DNA of 64,000 nucleotides from a virus: the UHGV virus genome UHGV-0112899; one strand, given 5' to 3'. Positions 18,100 through 27,883 of this stretch are shown here, in pieces. The notes under the pieces are model-generated. The model was not told where the DNA came from, ran no database searches, and was given only the letters and a program-made list of their open reading frames with translations. Position numbers and translations under genes: made by a program. How positions within the stretch are numbered: the first letter of the stretch is position 1; the number at the start of each line of letters is the position of its first letter.

Positions 18100-18176
18100 T
18101 TTAACACGAAATCAGCCTCAAAGTGGAACCAGACACAAAACAGCACCACAACAACACCGTTTTGGTACTAAAAGAG
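18100..18176. repeat. partition-site-like repeat upstream of the ParF-like gene
   Basis: caacaacaccgttttggtactaaaagag matches the motif at 16957-16983. Confidence 0.4.
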
Positions 18177-18200
18177 CACCAAATTAGAACCATAACAGTA

Positions 18201-18224
18201 TAAAAAAGGCTGCAAATTGCAGCC
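18201..18224 (-). terminator. rho-independent terminator (minus strand)
   Basis: stem ggctgca/tgcagcc with 3-nt loop; followed by T-run on the minus strand. Confidence 0.6.
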
Positions 18225-18242
18225 TTTGAAGATGTAGATTTG

Positions 18243-18608
18243 TTAATCAGGGAGTGAGTTTGCCAAATTCTGTGCAGAGCGGCTTTTCGAAACGCCAGGT
18301 TTTTTAACATCCGCTGAGGCTGAGGGGTTTCCTTCAGGGTTTTCCCGAACTTCAGGCGAAATTTCAAGAAATGAAACCAGCATTTTTCTGATCACTTCAG
18401 GGCTATTATCACCGGATAAAAGCGATGCCAACATGGGAGGTAATCTGCTATCAACCTCGCCAAGAGCGATACCTGCAAGCATCGCTGTGCGCGCCATATC
18501 ATTGCGATCTCTTAATGGATGGCCCTCAAGTTTTGCATCAGCATATTGCTCACTGGCGTTAAGACCAGGACGAAGATAAAACAATACTTTTCGACGTTCC
18601 TGAGACAT
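18243..18608 (-). CDS. parR: ParR/StbB-like partition adaptor
   Basis: 121-aa ORF immediately downstream of parM; assignment by position and size. Confidence 0.5.
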   Translation of the reverse strand: MSQERRKVLFYLRPGLNASEQYADAKLEGHPLRDRNDMARTAMLAGIALGEVDSRLPPMLASLLSGDNSPEVIRKMLVSFLEISPEVRENPEGNPSASADVKKPGVSKSRSAQNLANSLPD

Positions 18609-18618
18609 GGCAACCTCA

Positions 18619-19578
18619 TCAACCGATAGATTTTAGACCATAGACAAGAGCAAGTTGTGGATCATCAGCAACGAAAAACCTATCGTCACGAATGTTTACC
18701 TGCTCACGGATAGCATCAGCAACAAGCGGCGCGCCGCCACCAATGACCATAACATGCGTGTATCCTTTGAAATCACTGATCACATCCAGTACGCGTGTAC
18801 GGAGTCGTTCTATGCTTGACGAAATGGCTTTCTTAACATCATCAATAGCAGACGGATCGTTAATATTGTCGGTCAAATAATCCTCATCATCACGATTAAT
18901 GATTAATTGATCGACATTATAATTAGAGGTTTCGGTATTCGCTTTTGCAAGTGCCTGTCTGACCTCTTTAGTTACCAGCGAAACGCCGAGATTAGAATCG
19001 CCAAATACGCGAGAAACGGCGGTCATTTGCCCGGCGACCATCGACACATCCAGAGTAGTCCCACCAAGATCAACAATAAGCACAGAATGCGCTGGCACAA
19101 GGCTGTCGCACAGACCGATCCCTGCGGGTATTGACTCCGGGCGCACAGTCACTTTTTTGATAGTAAAAACCTGACCTTTGTTAAGGGTGACTGGTCGCAT
19201 CAGGCTGGCCTTTTTCCGCTCAATATTTTTCATGTTGTATTGTGCGTCGTCGTCATAAAACTCTGCCAGTGGCAACGTGACAACTATTTCCACTTCTTGA
19301 GGCTCAATGCCACTTGTAAGCAGGGCATGATGAACAGCAAGCACATTAAGCGGGCTGTATTGCCATTCCACATTATTCGTCGGCAGCACATCCGGCGAAA
19401 TCAAGTCATATGAATATTTTTCGTCATCAATGATGTAGTTAAACGGCTTTCCTGCGCCAAATGTGGCGGACCATCCACGTTTAAAACTGTTCGGACAGAT
19501 ATGGGTTCGAGTTTCCCCGTCTTGTTCCCACAGCATTTTGATATTGGTAGAACCATCGTCGATAAAAATGCGCATCAT
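18619..19578 (-). CDS. parM: ParM/StbA actin-like partition ATPase
   Basis: N-terminal MRIFIDDGSTNIKM and VDLGGTTLDV, VIGGGAPL actin-fold motifs; 320 aa from ATG 19578. Confidence 0.75.
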   Translation of the reverse strand: MMRIFIDDGSTNIKMLWEQDGETRTHICPNSFKRGWSATFGAGKPFNYIIDDEKYSYDLISPDVLPTNNVEWQYSPLNVLAVHHALLTSGIEPQEVEIVVTLPLAEFYDDDAQYNMKNIERKKASLMRPVTLNKGQVFTIKKVTVRPESIPAGIGLCDSLVPAHSVLIVDLGGTTLDVSMVAGQMTAVSRVFGDSNLGVSLVTKEVRQALAKANTETSNYNVDQLIINRDDEDYLTDNINDPSAIDDVKKAISSSIERLRTRVLDVISDFKGYTHVMVIGGGAPLVADAIREQVNIRDDRFFVADDPQLALVYGLKSIG

Positions 19579-19589
19579 ATTGCTCCACT

Positions 19590-19770
19590 TCTGAGACACA
19601 TTTGAGAAAGAATTGAATTTTATATGAGAAAACAAAATAAGACCAGAAGTTAGATAGCGTAAAAAGCATCAAACTAGAGACGTAAAAGAGACACAAAAGA
19701 GACTTAGATGATACATGATGTACCCATGATACCCTTTTGAGACAAATCAGAGACAAATATGAGAAGTAAG
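19590..19770. repeat. parC-like centromere: two clusters of ~11-bp GAGAC(A/G) iterons
   Basis: agagacgtaaa/agagacacaaa/agagacttaga and ttgagacaaatc/agagacaaata/tgagaagtaag flanking a central segment, upstream of parM. Confidence 0.5.
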
Positions 19771-19827
19771 AAATCTGAAGAGTGAAAATCACAAAGTGGA
19801 GAAGATTTAAGAAAAAGGAGGTGTTAG

Positions 19828-20112
19828 ATGAGTGCAATAGCGACCAGTGACACAGTTTGTTCTGGTCATGGAGGATTCCCTCCGCGACCTGTAGCAGAAA
19901 CAGTTTCCTGGTTTACCGTAAATGGAAAGCCAGTAGTTGTAGATGGGGGAGCGTTCCCCAGCCATACAGACGGAAATAGCGCGCACCCCGGATCAGCCGT
20001 ATCGACGCGCTCATGGTTTGCAATAGGCGGGAAAGGAGTTGTTTGTGTGGGAGATCCCCTTTCTTGTGGCTCAGTCATCGCCAATGGTGAGGCAATTTTT
20101 CAGGTGTCATAA
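19828..20112 (+). CDS. PAAR-like spike-tip protein
   Basis: 94 aa; VGDPLSCGSVIANGEAIF and CSGHGGFPP motifs; AGGAGG RBS. Confidence 0.4.
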   Translation: MSAIATSDTVCSGHGGFPPRPVAETVSWFTVNGKPVVVDGGAFPSHTDGNSAHPGSAVSTRSWFAIGGKGVVCVGDPLSCGSVIANGEAIFQVS

Positions 20113-20906
20113 TGCTTGATTCAATCGCTGAAGTTAATGCATTCAAAATTCTAAATGCATCAGGCACAACTACGCCTGCATCTATCACGCTAAGTAAAAC
20201 AGCGTCATCCAATGCCAGTTCTCTGGAAGAGAATATCCAGGCTCTTATCCTGAAGGATAAAGCATACCCGGCGTCGGTGGTTTCATGGGTCAATCAGCTT
20301 TCTGTCTTTTCAGAACAACTGAAAACTGTCAGTGCAGAAGCAACCAATTTAGCCGACTCGCTGTCTCCGTATACTTCGCCAACTGAATTACTTCAGATGA
20401 AAATTGGCTGGGAATGTTACGTCAAAGGTAATGAGTTATCTCCTGCGCCAGAATTTGCTCTCGTAACAGTTATGGGAGATACCCTGCATCCGCAATCGCT
20501 TATTGACGCGTTGGCAGCATTTGAACTGGTGCCAATCACTTCAGCCATGACCGCTATAAATGCAAAAGTTCAGGCGTCAAGCGGGGAGGCTTCAGGCAAC
20601 GGAAGTTCCACCGGAACAACACAGCAACCAGCACTAACAGAAGAAGAGATCAAAGCACTAAAAGACGCAGTGGAAGCAGCAACAGAACAAATAAATGCAA
20701 TAAACAACACGAGCAGTAGTCTCTCAACACTTGTACAGCAAGTTAAGGACTCTACCGGAAAAGCCAAACAGGGACTGGAGAATGCTGTAGCTATTACGTT
20801 AACCGGTTCTCTACTGGGCGATGAAGTAATGAGTCCGGCAATCAGTTTGATCATGCCACAAGGTGTGATCGATGCGCTCCAAAGCAACACTAAAAAGGAA
20901 CCATAA
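20112..20906 (+). CDS. hypothetical protein
   Basis: 264-aa ORF coupled (TAATG) to the PAAR-like gene. Confidence 0.45.
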   Translation: MLDSIAEVNAFKILNASGTTTPASITLSKTASSNASSLEENIQALILKDKAYPASVVSWVNQLSVFSEQLKTVSAEATNLADSLSPYTSPTELLQMKIGWECYVKGNELSPAPEFALVTVMGDTLHPQSLIDALAAFELVPITSAMTAINAKVQASSGEASGNGSSTGTTQQPALTEEEIKALKDAVEAATEQINAINNTSSSLSTLVQQVKDSTGKAKQGLENAVAITLTGSLLGDEVMSPAISLIMPQGVIDALQSNTKKEP

Positions 20907-20976
20907 CTACACCATTTTAGCCCATAAATGGTTACAAATTGGTACACATATCACACCAACAAAAAATCTGAAGAGG

Positions 20977-21435
20977 ATGGTTTTGAAAAAGATAATTTTG
21001 ATAGTAGTTGCGCTTTTAGCCATTTATGGAATTTACCGTACTACGGCGGCAGTTATCGATCACATCAGGTATATCCGTTCCCTGGAAGACTCAAAATCAC
21101 AACTTGAAAGCGAGAACAACACGCTTTCTACCGCATTGCAGTTAAGTGAAAAATCGCGATCTGCCATGATGGCTGAAAACGAAAGAATTAAAACACTGGA
21201 GAAGGAGTACCAGCGCAAAACAGCAGAACTGAATACCAGCCTGATCAAACAACGGGAGGAAAGCCAGAATGAAATTACTCGTCTTGAAACTGCTTTACGC
21301 AATGCTGGGGTTAATGATGTGCGTGTGCCTGATGACGTTATCAGGATGCAGCGGGAACGGGCAAAAGAAATCAATCAGCGTGCCAGTGAAAATTACCGTA
21401 GAAGCCACCAGCAAACCACAGGCAAATCTGATTGA
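20977..21435 (+). CDS. Rz-like i-spanin
   Basis: N-terminal transmembrane helix followed by coiled coil; contains the embedded Rz1-like ORF. Confidence 0.5.
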   Translation: MVLKKIILIVVALLAIYGIYRTTAAVIDHIRYIRSLEDSKSQLESENNTLSTALQLSEKSRSAMMAENERIKTLEKEYQRKTAELNTSLIKQREESQNEITRLETALRNAGVNDVRVPDDVIRMQRERAKEINQRASENYRRSHQQTTGKSD

Positions 21436-21601
21436 TTATACCCCTTGCATAGTGCCAGAGGACACGCCTGTGCTGTTAAACAAGTATCCGGCATACACTG
21501 AACAGTTATTCAGCACTATCGATGAATGCAACCAAAGAAACGCACTGAATAACCAAAGAAACAGGGAGATTTGGGAAGGGAAGGGGGATCAAGGCTCCTG
21601 A
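21269..21601 (+). CDS. Rz1-like o-spanin lipoprotein
   Basis: +1-frame ORF overlapping the Rz-like gene; lipobox LSGC. Confidence 0.5.
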   Translation: MKLLVLKLLYAMLGLMMCVCLMTLSGCSGNGQKKSISVPVKITVEATSKPQANLIDYTPCIVPEDTPVLLNKYPAYTEQLFSTIDECNQRNALNNQRNREIWEGKGDQGS

Positions 21602-22047
21602 AGCCAGATGTCCTGGCTGTCAGCTTCTTCGAAACCGTGACAGACGTTAAAGTCACTCAAGCGATACTGGCGCTGACGGCCTCTATTTCGCTCATGCCAA
21701 TGCATATATCCACCAGCAAATGCCAGCGGACAATCGCTATAGTCGATGTAGCCAATACCATTACCCAAACGCGCTTCGCGCGCCCCGGCTTTCCAGGACA
21801 GCAGAAAAGAGTCACGATCTGCCAGCATGACTACAAAATCATCCGGATCGCCTATGCAGTGAAGAATGCCTGCCTTGCATAACTGTTTGAGTGCCTTAGA
21901 CTGACTCAGGATGTCTTCACCGTAATACTGAAAACAATCATCAACAATAGCGGGATAGCCAGCGGGTGGATTCAGTCTGGTTGGTATAGCTGACGCGATA
22001 GCCAGCATTAAACGATATTGTGTTTTCGATGGGTTCGCGTGACTCAT
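21589..22047 (-). CDS. hypothetical protein
   Basis: ATG 22047 after AGAGGA. Confidence 0.45.
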   Translation of the reverse strand: MSHANPSKTQYRLMLAIASAIPTRLNPPAGYPAIVDDCFQYYGEDILSQSKALKQLCKAGILHCIGDPDDFVVMLADRDSFLLSWKAGAREARLGNGIGYIDYSDCPLAFAGGYMHWHERNRGRQRQYRLSDFNVCHGFEEADSQDIWLQEP

Positions 22048-22058
22048 GTTTCCTCTAC

Positions 22059-22451
22059 TCACTGTCTCCATGCATTTTTCAGCTCCGGAATATCAGCCAT
22101 TTCAACCAGCTTCCGAAGCCCCGCGCTGACCTTCCCATTACCAACCGCAGCAAGCCAATCCCTTACTGACTTCGGCATATAAAGAGTGGTCGTTACAGGA
22201 TCTTCCACTCTTACAGGCGTGCCAATTTGAGGCCACTTAACAGATACCAAAACGTCAGAAGGCGGGGTAAGCGCGGGAACATTAAGAATAGCCTTTCCTG
22301 AATGGAGAATCACGATTCGTTCAGCCAGGGAAAGAATGTCTCTTTCAGTAAGGATTGATGACAGTTGAGCTTCTACAAGGCATCTGCTGCTTGTATTCAG
22401 AGAATGGCTTTTAGCACCATTTTTGTATGAAACGAAGATCTTGTACGCCAT
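22059..22451 (-). CDS. hypothetical protein
   Basis: 130-aa ORF adjacent to the operator cluster. Confidence 0.45.
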   Translation of the reverse strand: MAYKIFVSYKNGAKSHSLNTSSRCLVEAQLSSILTERDILSLAERIVILHSGKAILNVPALTPPSDVLVSVKWPQIGTPVRVEDPVTTTLYMPKSVRDWLAAVGNGKVSAGLRKLVEMADIPELKNAWRQ

Positions 22452-22453
22452 TT

Positions 22454-22531
22454 GTTCTAATGTTTTATGTTAGAAAATTAAGATTAAACCATACTAACAC
22501 AAGATTGTTAACGAAAATTATTTTTCTAATG
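22454..22531. promoter_or_regulatory. cluster of three operator-like motifs in a divergent promoter region
   Basis: gttctaatg (22454-22462), tgttagaaaat (22469-22479), ttttctaatg (22522-22531). Confidence 0.45.
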
Positions 22532-22610
22532 CTATTGACTAAATAACAAAGTGAGTATTGTCACCTCGTCAAAAGAATCTTCACGCCGCGCCCGAATTTA
22601 GGGTTTAACC

Positions 22611-24308
22611 GTGAACAAGAACATTGAGCCAGCTCGTAAGCGCGAGCGCGAGATTATGAATCGGGCGGCAAGCGTCATGGCTATGACCGTCGATCCAACC
22701 ACTGATGCTGCCGGTAACATGATTACCGACAACGAAGTGATGATGGCTAACCTGGAAAAAGCTATCCAGAAAGAGCCAATGTTTGAAGGCGTTGGACCAG
22801 AAGCAGCTCGCCAGATCATTGGTAGCTGGGCCATGTCTATTCATGAATACAAACGCCAGCATGGGCATTATCCGGCAAGCGATGTATTAGCCAACGCCCA
22901 TGTAGCACTTGAGCGCCTGATGATGGAGTCCGCTAAAGAGACGCATGAAGGCGCTGGCAAAGCCATGTTTGAATCAGTAGCCAAGGACATGCGCACCTCC
23001 GATGGTGTAATGAAGGTTGCACAATATGCCGCACTGATCCTGCCTGCTTCTCTCGGCGCAGCCACCAGCGACGCATGTACGTTTATCCCTTGTGATCGTG
23101 ATGAAACCAATATTTACGAGCTGACCAACGTTGCTGGTACAAAATTCGGTACATTCGAGCAGGGCGATGAACTGAACATGCAGTCTGCTGGCGTGTATTC
23201 GCAGATGAAACGCCTGTACATCCTGACCGAAAAAGGCGATGGCAGCAAAACCACCTTCCAGTTTGATATCCAGAACTTCGAAGGCCAGGCCTGCCCGCTG
23301 CGCCAGGGCTACAACAAACTGCTGATTAACCGCAAACCGTCCAAAGTAGATGATGGTGACGGCAACCTGTATTTCAACGACAAAGACGTCAACGGCAACT
23401 CTTTCTCTGCTACAGCAAAAGTTAAATACGATACCGGCGTTATCGATATCACCTTTAATGAAGCACCAGCAGAAGGCACAGAAATCGCTGTTCAGGTTGA
23501 AATCAACATTGAACGCAATCCGAGCCTGATACCAGTCATTAACCAGTCCATGCGCAATTACGCCCTGCGCCCGTCGCAGTACGTGATCGCATCCGAACAT
23601 ACGGTTATGACAGCATCTGACCTGAGCCGTGAACACGGACTCGAACTGGCAGCATTGCAATTCTCCGCAATGCGCAACTGGATTTCCCACGAAATCGATA
23701 TGATGCGCCTGCGCACTCTGGTATTCCACACAGTTTACGGTCGTGAATTTGATGTGGCACTGCCAGAAGCGCAGAACTACGAATCGTGGGTTGGTTTAAT
23801 TCGCCATGTAGTGAACGCGCTGTCACAGGACATGGCTGACCGCACCCTGACTACCGGTATCCGTGGTGGCTTTGCTGGTGGCGATGCTGCTAACTTCCTG
23901 CGTTCCTTACCGCCGCAGCACTTCCAGTTGGCACCGGGCTATGTACAGTCGCCGTACATTCAATACATCGGCACCCTGTTTGGTTCCATTCGTATCTACG
24001 AAGTGCCGAAGCCTATCTGCAAACAATTCCAGGAACATGGCTACGACTTTGGCCTGGACGACATCTACTTCTATGGTCGTGGCGAAGGCATTGGTAAAGC
24101 TGGCCTGGTCGCTGGTGATGCTGTGCCTGCTATTCCGTATGTCCACGAAACAAATCCAGCCCTGGTAAACCGCACCACTCTTTGGGGTACAGCAATCAAC
24201 GATGTGCATCCGCGCAACGGTGAGAACTATTTCACTCGCCTTCGCCTGACACGTTCGAAAGAAGGTGCGATTGACATGTTGAGCGGGCAAATCAACGAAA
24301 AAAAGTAG
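22611..24308 (+). CDS. putative major capsid protein
   Basis: 565 aa; followed by an Ig-like small protein and a terminator; assignment by size and context only. Confidence 0.35.
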   Translation: MNKNIEPARKREREIMNRAASVMAMTVDPTTDAAGNMITDNEVMMANLEKAIQKEPMFEGVGPEAARQIIGSWAMSIHEYKRQHGHYPASDVLANAHVALERLMMESAKETHEGAGKAMFESVAKDMRTSDGVMKVAQYAALILPASLGAATSDACTFIPCDRDETNIYELTNVAGTKFGTFEQGDELNMQSAGVYSQMKRLYILTEKGDGSKTTFQFDIQNFEGQACPLRQGYNKLLINRKPSKVDDGDGNLYFNDKDVNGNSFSATAKVKYDTGVIDITFNEAPAEGTEIAVQVEINIERNPSLIPVINQSMRNYALRPSQYVIASEHTVMTASDLSREHGLELAALQFSAMRNWISHEIDMMRLRTLVFHTVYGREFDVALPEAQNYESWVGLIRHVVNALSQDMADRTLTTGIRGGFAGGDAANFLRSLPPQHFQLAPGYVQSPYIQYIGTLFGSIRIYEVPKPICKQFQEHGYDFGLDDIYFYGRGEGIGKAGLVAGDAVPAIPYVHETNPALVNRTTLWGTAINDVHPRNGENYFTRLRLTRSKEGAIDMLSGQINEKK

Positions 24309-24449
24309 CAGTGGCGAACGTGTCAGTTTCACCAACGGCAATTGAAGTAAACGAAGGTGAAACTATCGCCGCAAGCACTTCAAAGACACGAAAAACACCC
24401 AAAAAGAAGTAAGACAAGCCCCTGAATAGGGGGCTATATGGAGGAAAAA

Positions 24450-24728
24450 ATGGCTGATATTCAGGTAACTATTACCCCACCAAATGCGACAGATAAAACT
24501 TTCACTGTCGAATCCGATCATCCGGAAATTGTGAGTGTTGATGGAACCACATGCACCGCAGTATCTGCTGGTACTGCGGTACTAACCATCAAAACTACAG
24601 ATGGAAATAAAACAGCAACATGCACTGTAACGGTTAATGAAGCCGCAGTAAGTGTCAACTCTGTCAGCGTTGATCCGTCAACCAAAGAAGTGACGGTAGG
24701 TGACAGCTTCACGGTCGGCGAAGCCTGA
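24450..24728 (+). CDS. Ig-like (Big_2-like) domain protein, possible decoration protein
   Basis: Thr/Val-rich beta-sandwich-like sequence; GGAGGA RBS; terminator immediately downstream. Confidence 0.45.
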   Translation: MADIQVTITPPNATDKTFTVESDHPEIVSVDGTTCTAVSAGTAVLTIKTTDGNKTATCTVTVNEAAVSVNSVSVDPSTKEVTVGDSFTVGEA

Positions 24729-24730
24729 TA

Positions 24731-24765
24731 AAAGCCTCCCCATGCAAATGGGGAGGCTTCTCTCA
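24731..24765 (+). terminator. rho-independent terminator
   Basis: stem agcctcccca/tggggaggct with tgcaaa loop followed by T-rich tctct. Confidence 0.5.
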
Positions 24766-24793
24766 TCCGCTCGATAAAGAGGAAAAGAGCAGC

Positions 24794-26449
24794 ATGAATA
24801 AAATTGGTTTTTCTGTTGGTCAGGCGGCGGGCGTTGCGGTAGCGGACGTAAATGCCGATGCTATTCTGTCCAACACATCTGGCGGTGCTTCCGTCTTTGC
24901 CGGGCTGGTGATTTCCCGCAGAGGAGCACCAGGCAAGGTTTTGCAGGTTACAGCAGCCAACTATCAGAGCGTGTTAGGTTCACCTCTTCACCCGCGCACC
25001 GGGGCCGCATTTGAACCATATCGCCACGTTGAACGCGCAGTAAAAGGCGGCACCGGTTATGTGGTTCGCGTATGCGCAAAAGACATGAAAGTACCGGGCA
25101 TTGCCGTTTCTGTTCAGGCCAGGTCGAAAAGCACCAAGTCAGCAAAAACTCTGCAAATTGCTCCGACCGAAGCAACGGTAAATATCGGCGATACACTGAC
25201 CGTTCGTGCCGTTTCTGGAGCCACTTCTCCGGTAACTTTCGCTGCAAGCGAAACACCTGAAATTTCCGGCAGTGAACTGGCTATTTTCTACATAAAGGAC
25301 GGTGATGCTTCGACAAACCGCACGTTATCACTGACCCGTGAGGACGAAGAAAATGACCTGTTCACTCTGGAACTGAAAGAGACACAGACCGATGGTTCTG
25401 TAGAAACTTTGGAAAGCTACCAGGTTTCTTTCGATCCGGATGCAACGAACGATATGGGCCAGCCAGCATGGATTCCTGCGTTGTTAGAAAGTCAGTCCTC
25501 CAGGCTTGGAGCTGTACTGGCTGATGGTGCCGAAGACTCCGCTCACTTGCTGACTTTCGAAGATGTAGCGTTTGAAGGCGGTACAGATGGCGATCTGTCC
25601 TCAATTGACGCTGATGATTATCTGAAAGCGTTAGAGGTTCTCGAAGCGTCAGAAGTTAATTATACCGCACTGCTTTCTATGGGCTGCTACGACGCATCCG
25701 TGCTGGCAAAAATTAATTCGCTGGCAGAAGACGTTCGCGTGGATATGTTCTACGACCTGAAATGTGCTCAGACTGGTGATAACGCTATCGCGGAAGCTAA
25801 ATCACATGGTTTCGGCAAATCCCACCAGGCTGCACGTTATCACTTCCCGTACTCATGCCGTGACACTTTCAGCGGTATGAATGTGGTTTACGGAATCAGT
25901 TGTGATGCGTTCGTGGCAAAAGCGAAAGGCGTTGCGCTTGTGTCTGATGTAGGCGGCTGGCATTACGCCCCGGCTGGTCTGTCTCGCGCAATCATTGATC
26001 GCCAGAACATCACCAGACTCTCCGGAATTGGCACAATCGATCGTGAAGCGTATGTGACCGCTCGTATTAACCCTGTAAGCGTTGCAGCGGATGGTTCTGT
26101 CTACATCGACGACTCCCTGACGACATACAGCAAAAATAACTATCTGCGATTCCAGCACGTTTCATCACTGATGAATGCAATTGCCCGCAATTTCTATGAA
26201 GTTGCTCAGGCAATCAAGCATGAACCTGATGGCGTTACGCAGGAAAGTCTGACTAACGCACTGACAGATCTTCTGGACCGTTTTTATGCGGCTGGTGCGC
26301 TGGTTACACCACGCGATGAATCTCAAGGTTCTGACCCTTATGTGGTCAAGGTAACTCAAAAAGACATCGACTTGTGGGAAGTGGAATGGTCCGTGTGCCC
26401 AACAGGCACTGCCCGTCGAATCCTCGGCAAACCAATCCTGATGCGTTGA
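24794..26449 (+). CDS. virion structural protein, possibly tail sheath
   Basis: 551 aa with internal Ig-like insertion; AGAGGA RBS; assignment tentative. Confidence 0.3.
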   Translation: MNKIGFSVGQAAGVAVADVNADAILSNTSGGASVFAGLVISRRGAPGKVLQVTAANYQSVLGSPLHPRTGAAFEPYRHVERAVKGGTGYVVRVCAKDMKVPGIAVSVQARSKSTKSAKTLQIAPTEATVNIGDTLTVRAVSGATSPVTFAASETPEISGSELAIFYIKDGDASTNRTLSLTREDEENDLFTLELKETQTDGSVETLESYQVSFDPDATNDMGQPAWIPALLESQSSRLGAVLADGAEDSAHLLTFEDVAFEGGTDGDLSSIDADDYLKALEVLEASEVNYTALLSMGCYDASVLAKINSLAEDVRVDMFYDLKCAQTGDNAIAEAKSHGFGKSHQAARYHFPYSCRDTFSGMNVVYGISCDAFVAKAKGVALVSDVGGWHYAPAGLSRAIIDRQNITRLSGIGTIDREAYVTARINPVSVAADGSVYIDDSLTTYSKNNYLRFQHVSSLMNAIARNFYEVAQAIKHEPDGVTQESLTNALTDLLDRFYAAGALVTPRDESQGSDPYVVKVTQKDIDLWEVEWSVCPTGTARRILGKPILMR

Positions 26450-26492
26450 TTTATCTTCCCCGCTGAAACGCGGGGATGAATGAGGTTTCCTA

Positions 26493-27239
26493 ATGAAAAA
26501 CTATTCTGTTGTTGATCCATTCATGCGCGCGCTATTTGCAGGCAAAACAGCCGATAACGCAGATACAGCCATACTGGAAAGCGCCAAAGATTCTGGTTGT
26601 TTTGAAAGTGGCGATAACGCCATCCTGGAAAGTGCCAAGAATGGAACAGATGGCGCGGATATCGAAGCCGCAATGATGGAAGCGGTGGAATCCCGTGCAC
26701 AAAGTGACATCCGCAGTCTGGCAGCTTCAATGCTGGCGAGCTGGGTAGAAGATGGCGACCCTGAAGCGGATTCATTTGATGCGCTGGCAATCACAATGGC
26801 TGGCCTGGCCGACATTGACGAAGACACGGAACTGACCGACGAACAGGTTGACGCATATAACGACGCACTCGCGGCGTTGGCTAACGCGGCTGTGGCCCTG
26901 GGCGCTGATCAGGACGACGTCACCGAGATGATCGATGACGAAGATGACGCGGCAGCAGAACGCGTATTTGACGCACTGTCAGAAAGCGATAGTGAAATGA
27001 TGGAAGAAGCCATTGCGATTTACACCGTTGCTGGTGGCAATGCAGCAATGCTCGAAGCTGTCAGCAAAAAAGTCGTTCGTGATGGCAAGGTTACTATCAT
27101 CCGCAAACGCCCGCGCCCGCGTCGCATGACGTCCTTACAAAAGCAGGCGCTGAAAAAAGCTCGCCGTAAGGCACATACGTCGATAGCTAACACTCGCCGC
27201 CGTAAGTCTATCCGCATCCGCAAAAAACGCGGTCTGTAA
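26493..27239 (+). CDS. hypothetical protein, acidic with basic C-terminal tail
   Basis: Asp/Glu-rich body and RKRPRPRR...RRRKSIRIRKKRGL tail. Confidence 0.45.
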   Translation: MKNYSVVDPFMRALFAGKTADNADTAILESAKDSGCFESGDNAILESAKNGTDGADIEAAMMEAVESRAQSDIRSLAASMLASWVEDGDPEADSFDALAITMAGLADIDEDTELTDEQVDAYNDALAALANAAVALGADQDDVTEMIDDEDDAAAERVFDALSESDSEMMEEAIAIYTVAGGNAAMLEAVSKKVVRDGKVTIIRKRPRPRRMTSLQKQALKKARRKAHTSIANTRRRKSIRIRKKRGL

Positions 27240-27257
27240 TGATGTAAGCCACCTGTA

Positions 27258-27875
27258 ATGGTGGCCTGTTTGGGAGAAATAGCAGTGATTTGCGGCGCGA
27301 TCATGGCAGACGGCATAAGCCCGCTAATGAAAGCCTACATCAAGTCAAGTGAGGATATGGTAGTCGGATATATCGGCGAAGGTTCCTCTGCCGAACTATC
27401 GTCTCTGTGGCAGTCGCCATTTGAAGATAAAGCGATGGGCAGCATGTTAGGCGCTATTAGCGAGGCTGCATCATCTCTTGCAGGCATCGTGCAGACATCA
27501 TCAGGGTACACGAGTAAAAGCCGGTTCAACTCCACCCTCGTGTGGGAAGGGCAACAACCGCCGGAATTTACCCTTGTCCTGGATTTTTTAGCTACATCCA
27601 GCGCAAAAATTGAGGTGAATGACGCCATCACGACGTTGCTGAAAATGGCATCGCCAGAACTAAACGACATTACGCCTTTTGGTCGAGTCCCGGAGGCCGT
27701 AACGATAAATATCGGCAGGAACGTGATGTTAACGAACGTTGTGATCAAAAGCGTCAGCTATCAGCTTGACGCCCCGCGCACATCGGAAGGCTATTTCACC
27801 CACAACACGGTCACTCTGCAATGCAGTGGCAACACATCTATTAACCGCAGCAATATCTCATCTGTTTTTGTTTAG
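27258..27875 (+). CDS. hypothetical structural protein
   Basis: 205-aa ORF in the structural cluster; start uncertain. Confidence 0.4.
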   Translation: MVACLGEIAVICGAIMADGISPLMKAYIKSSEDMVVGYIGEGSSAELSSLWQSPFEDKAMGSMLGAISEAASSLAGIVQTSSGYTSKSRFNSTLVWEGQQPPEFTLVLDFLATSSAKIEVNDAITTLLKMASPELNDITPFGRVPEAVTINIGRNVMLTNVVIKSVSYQLDAPRTSEGYFTHNTVTLQCSGNTSINRSNISSVFV

Positions 27876-27883
27876 GAGTAATT

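Noticed and set aside
22974-23729. 251-aa minus-strand ORF
   Set aside because: Entirely antisense to the 565-aa capsid-like gene; Cys/Phe/Val-rich off-frame composition.
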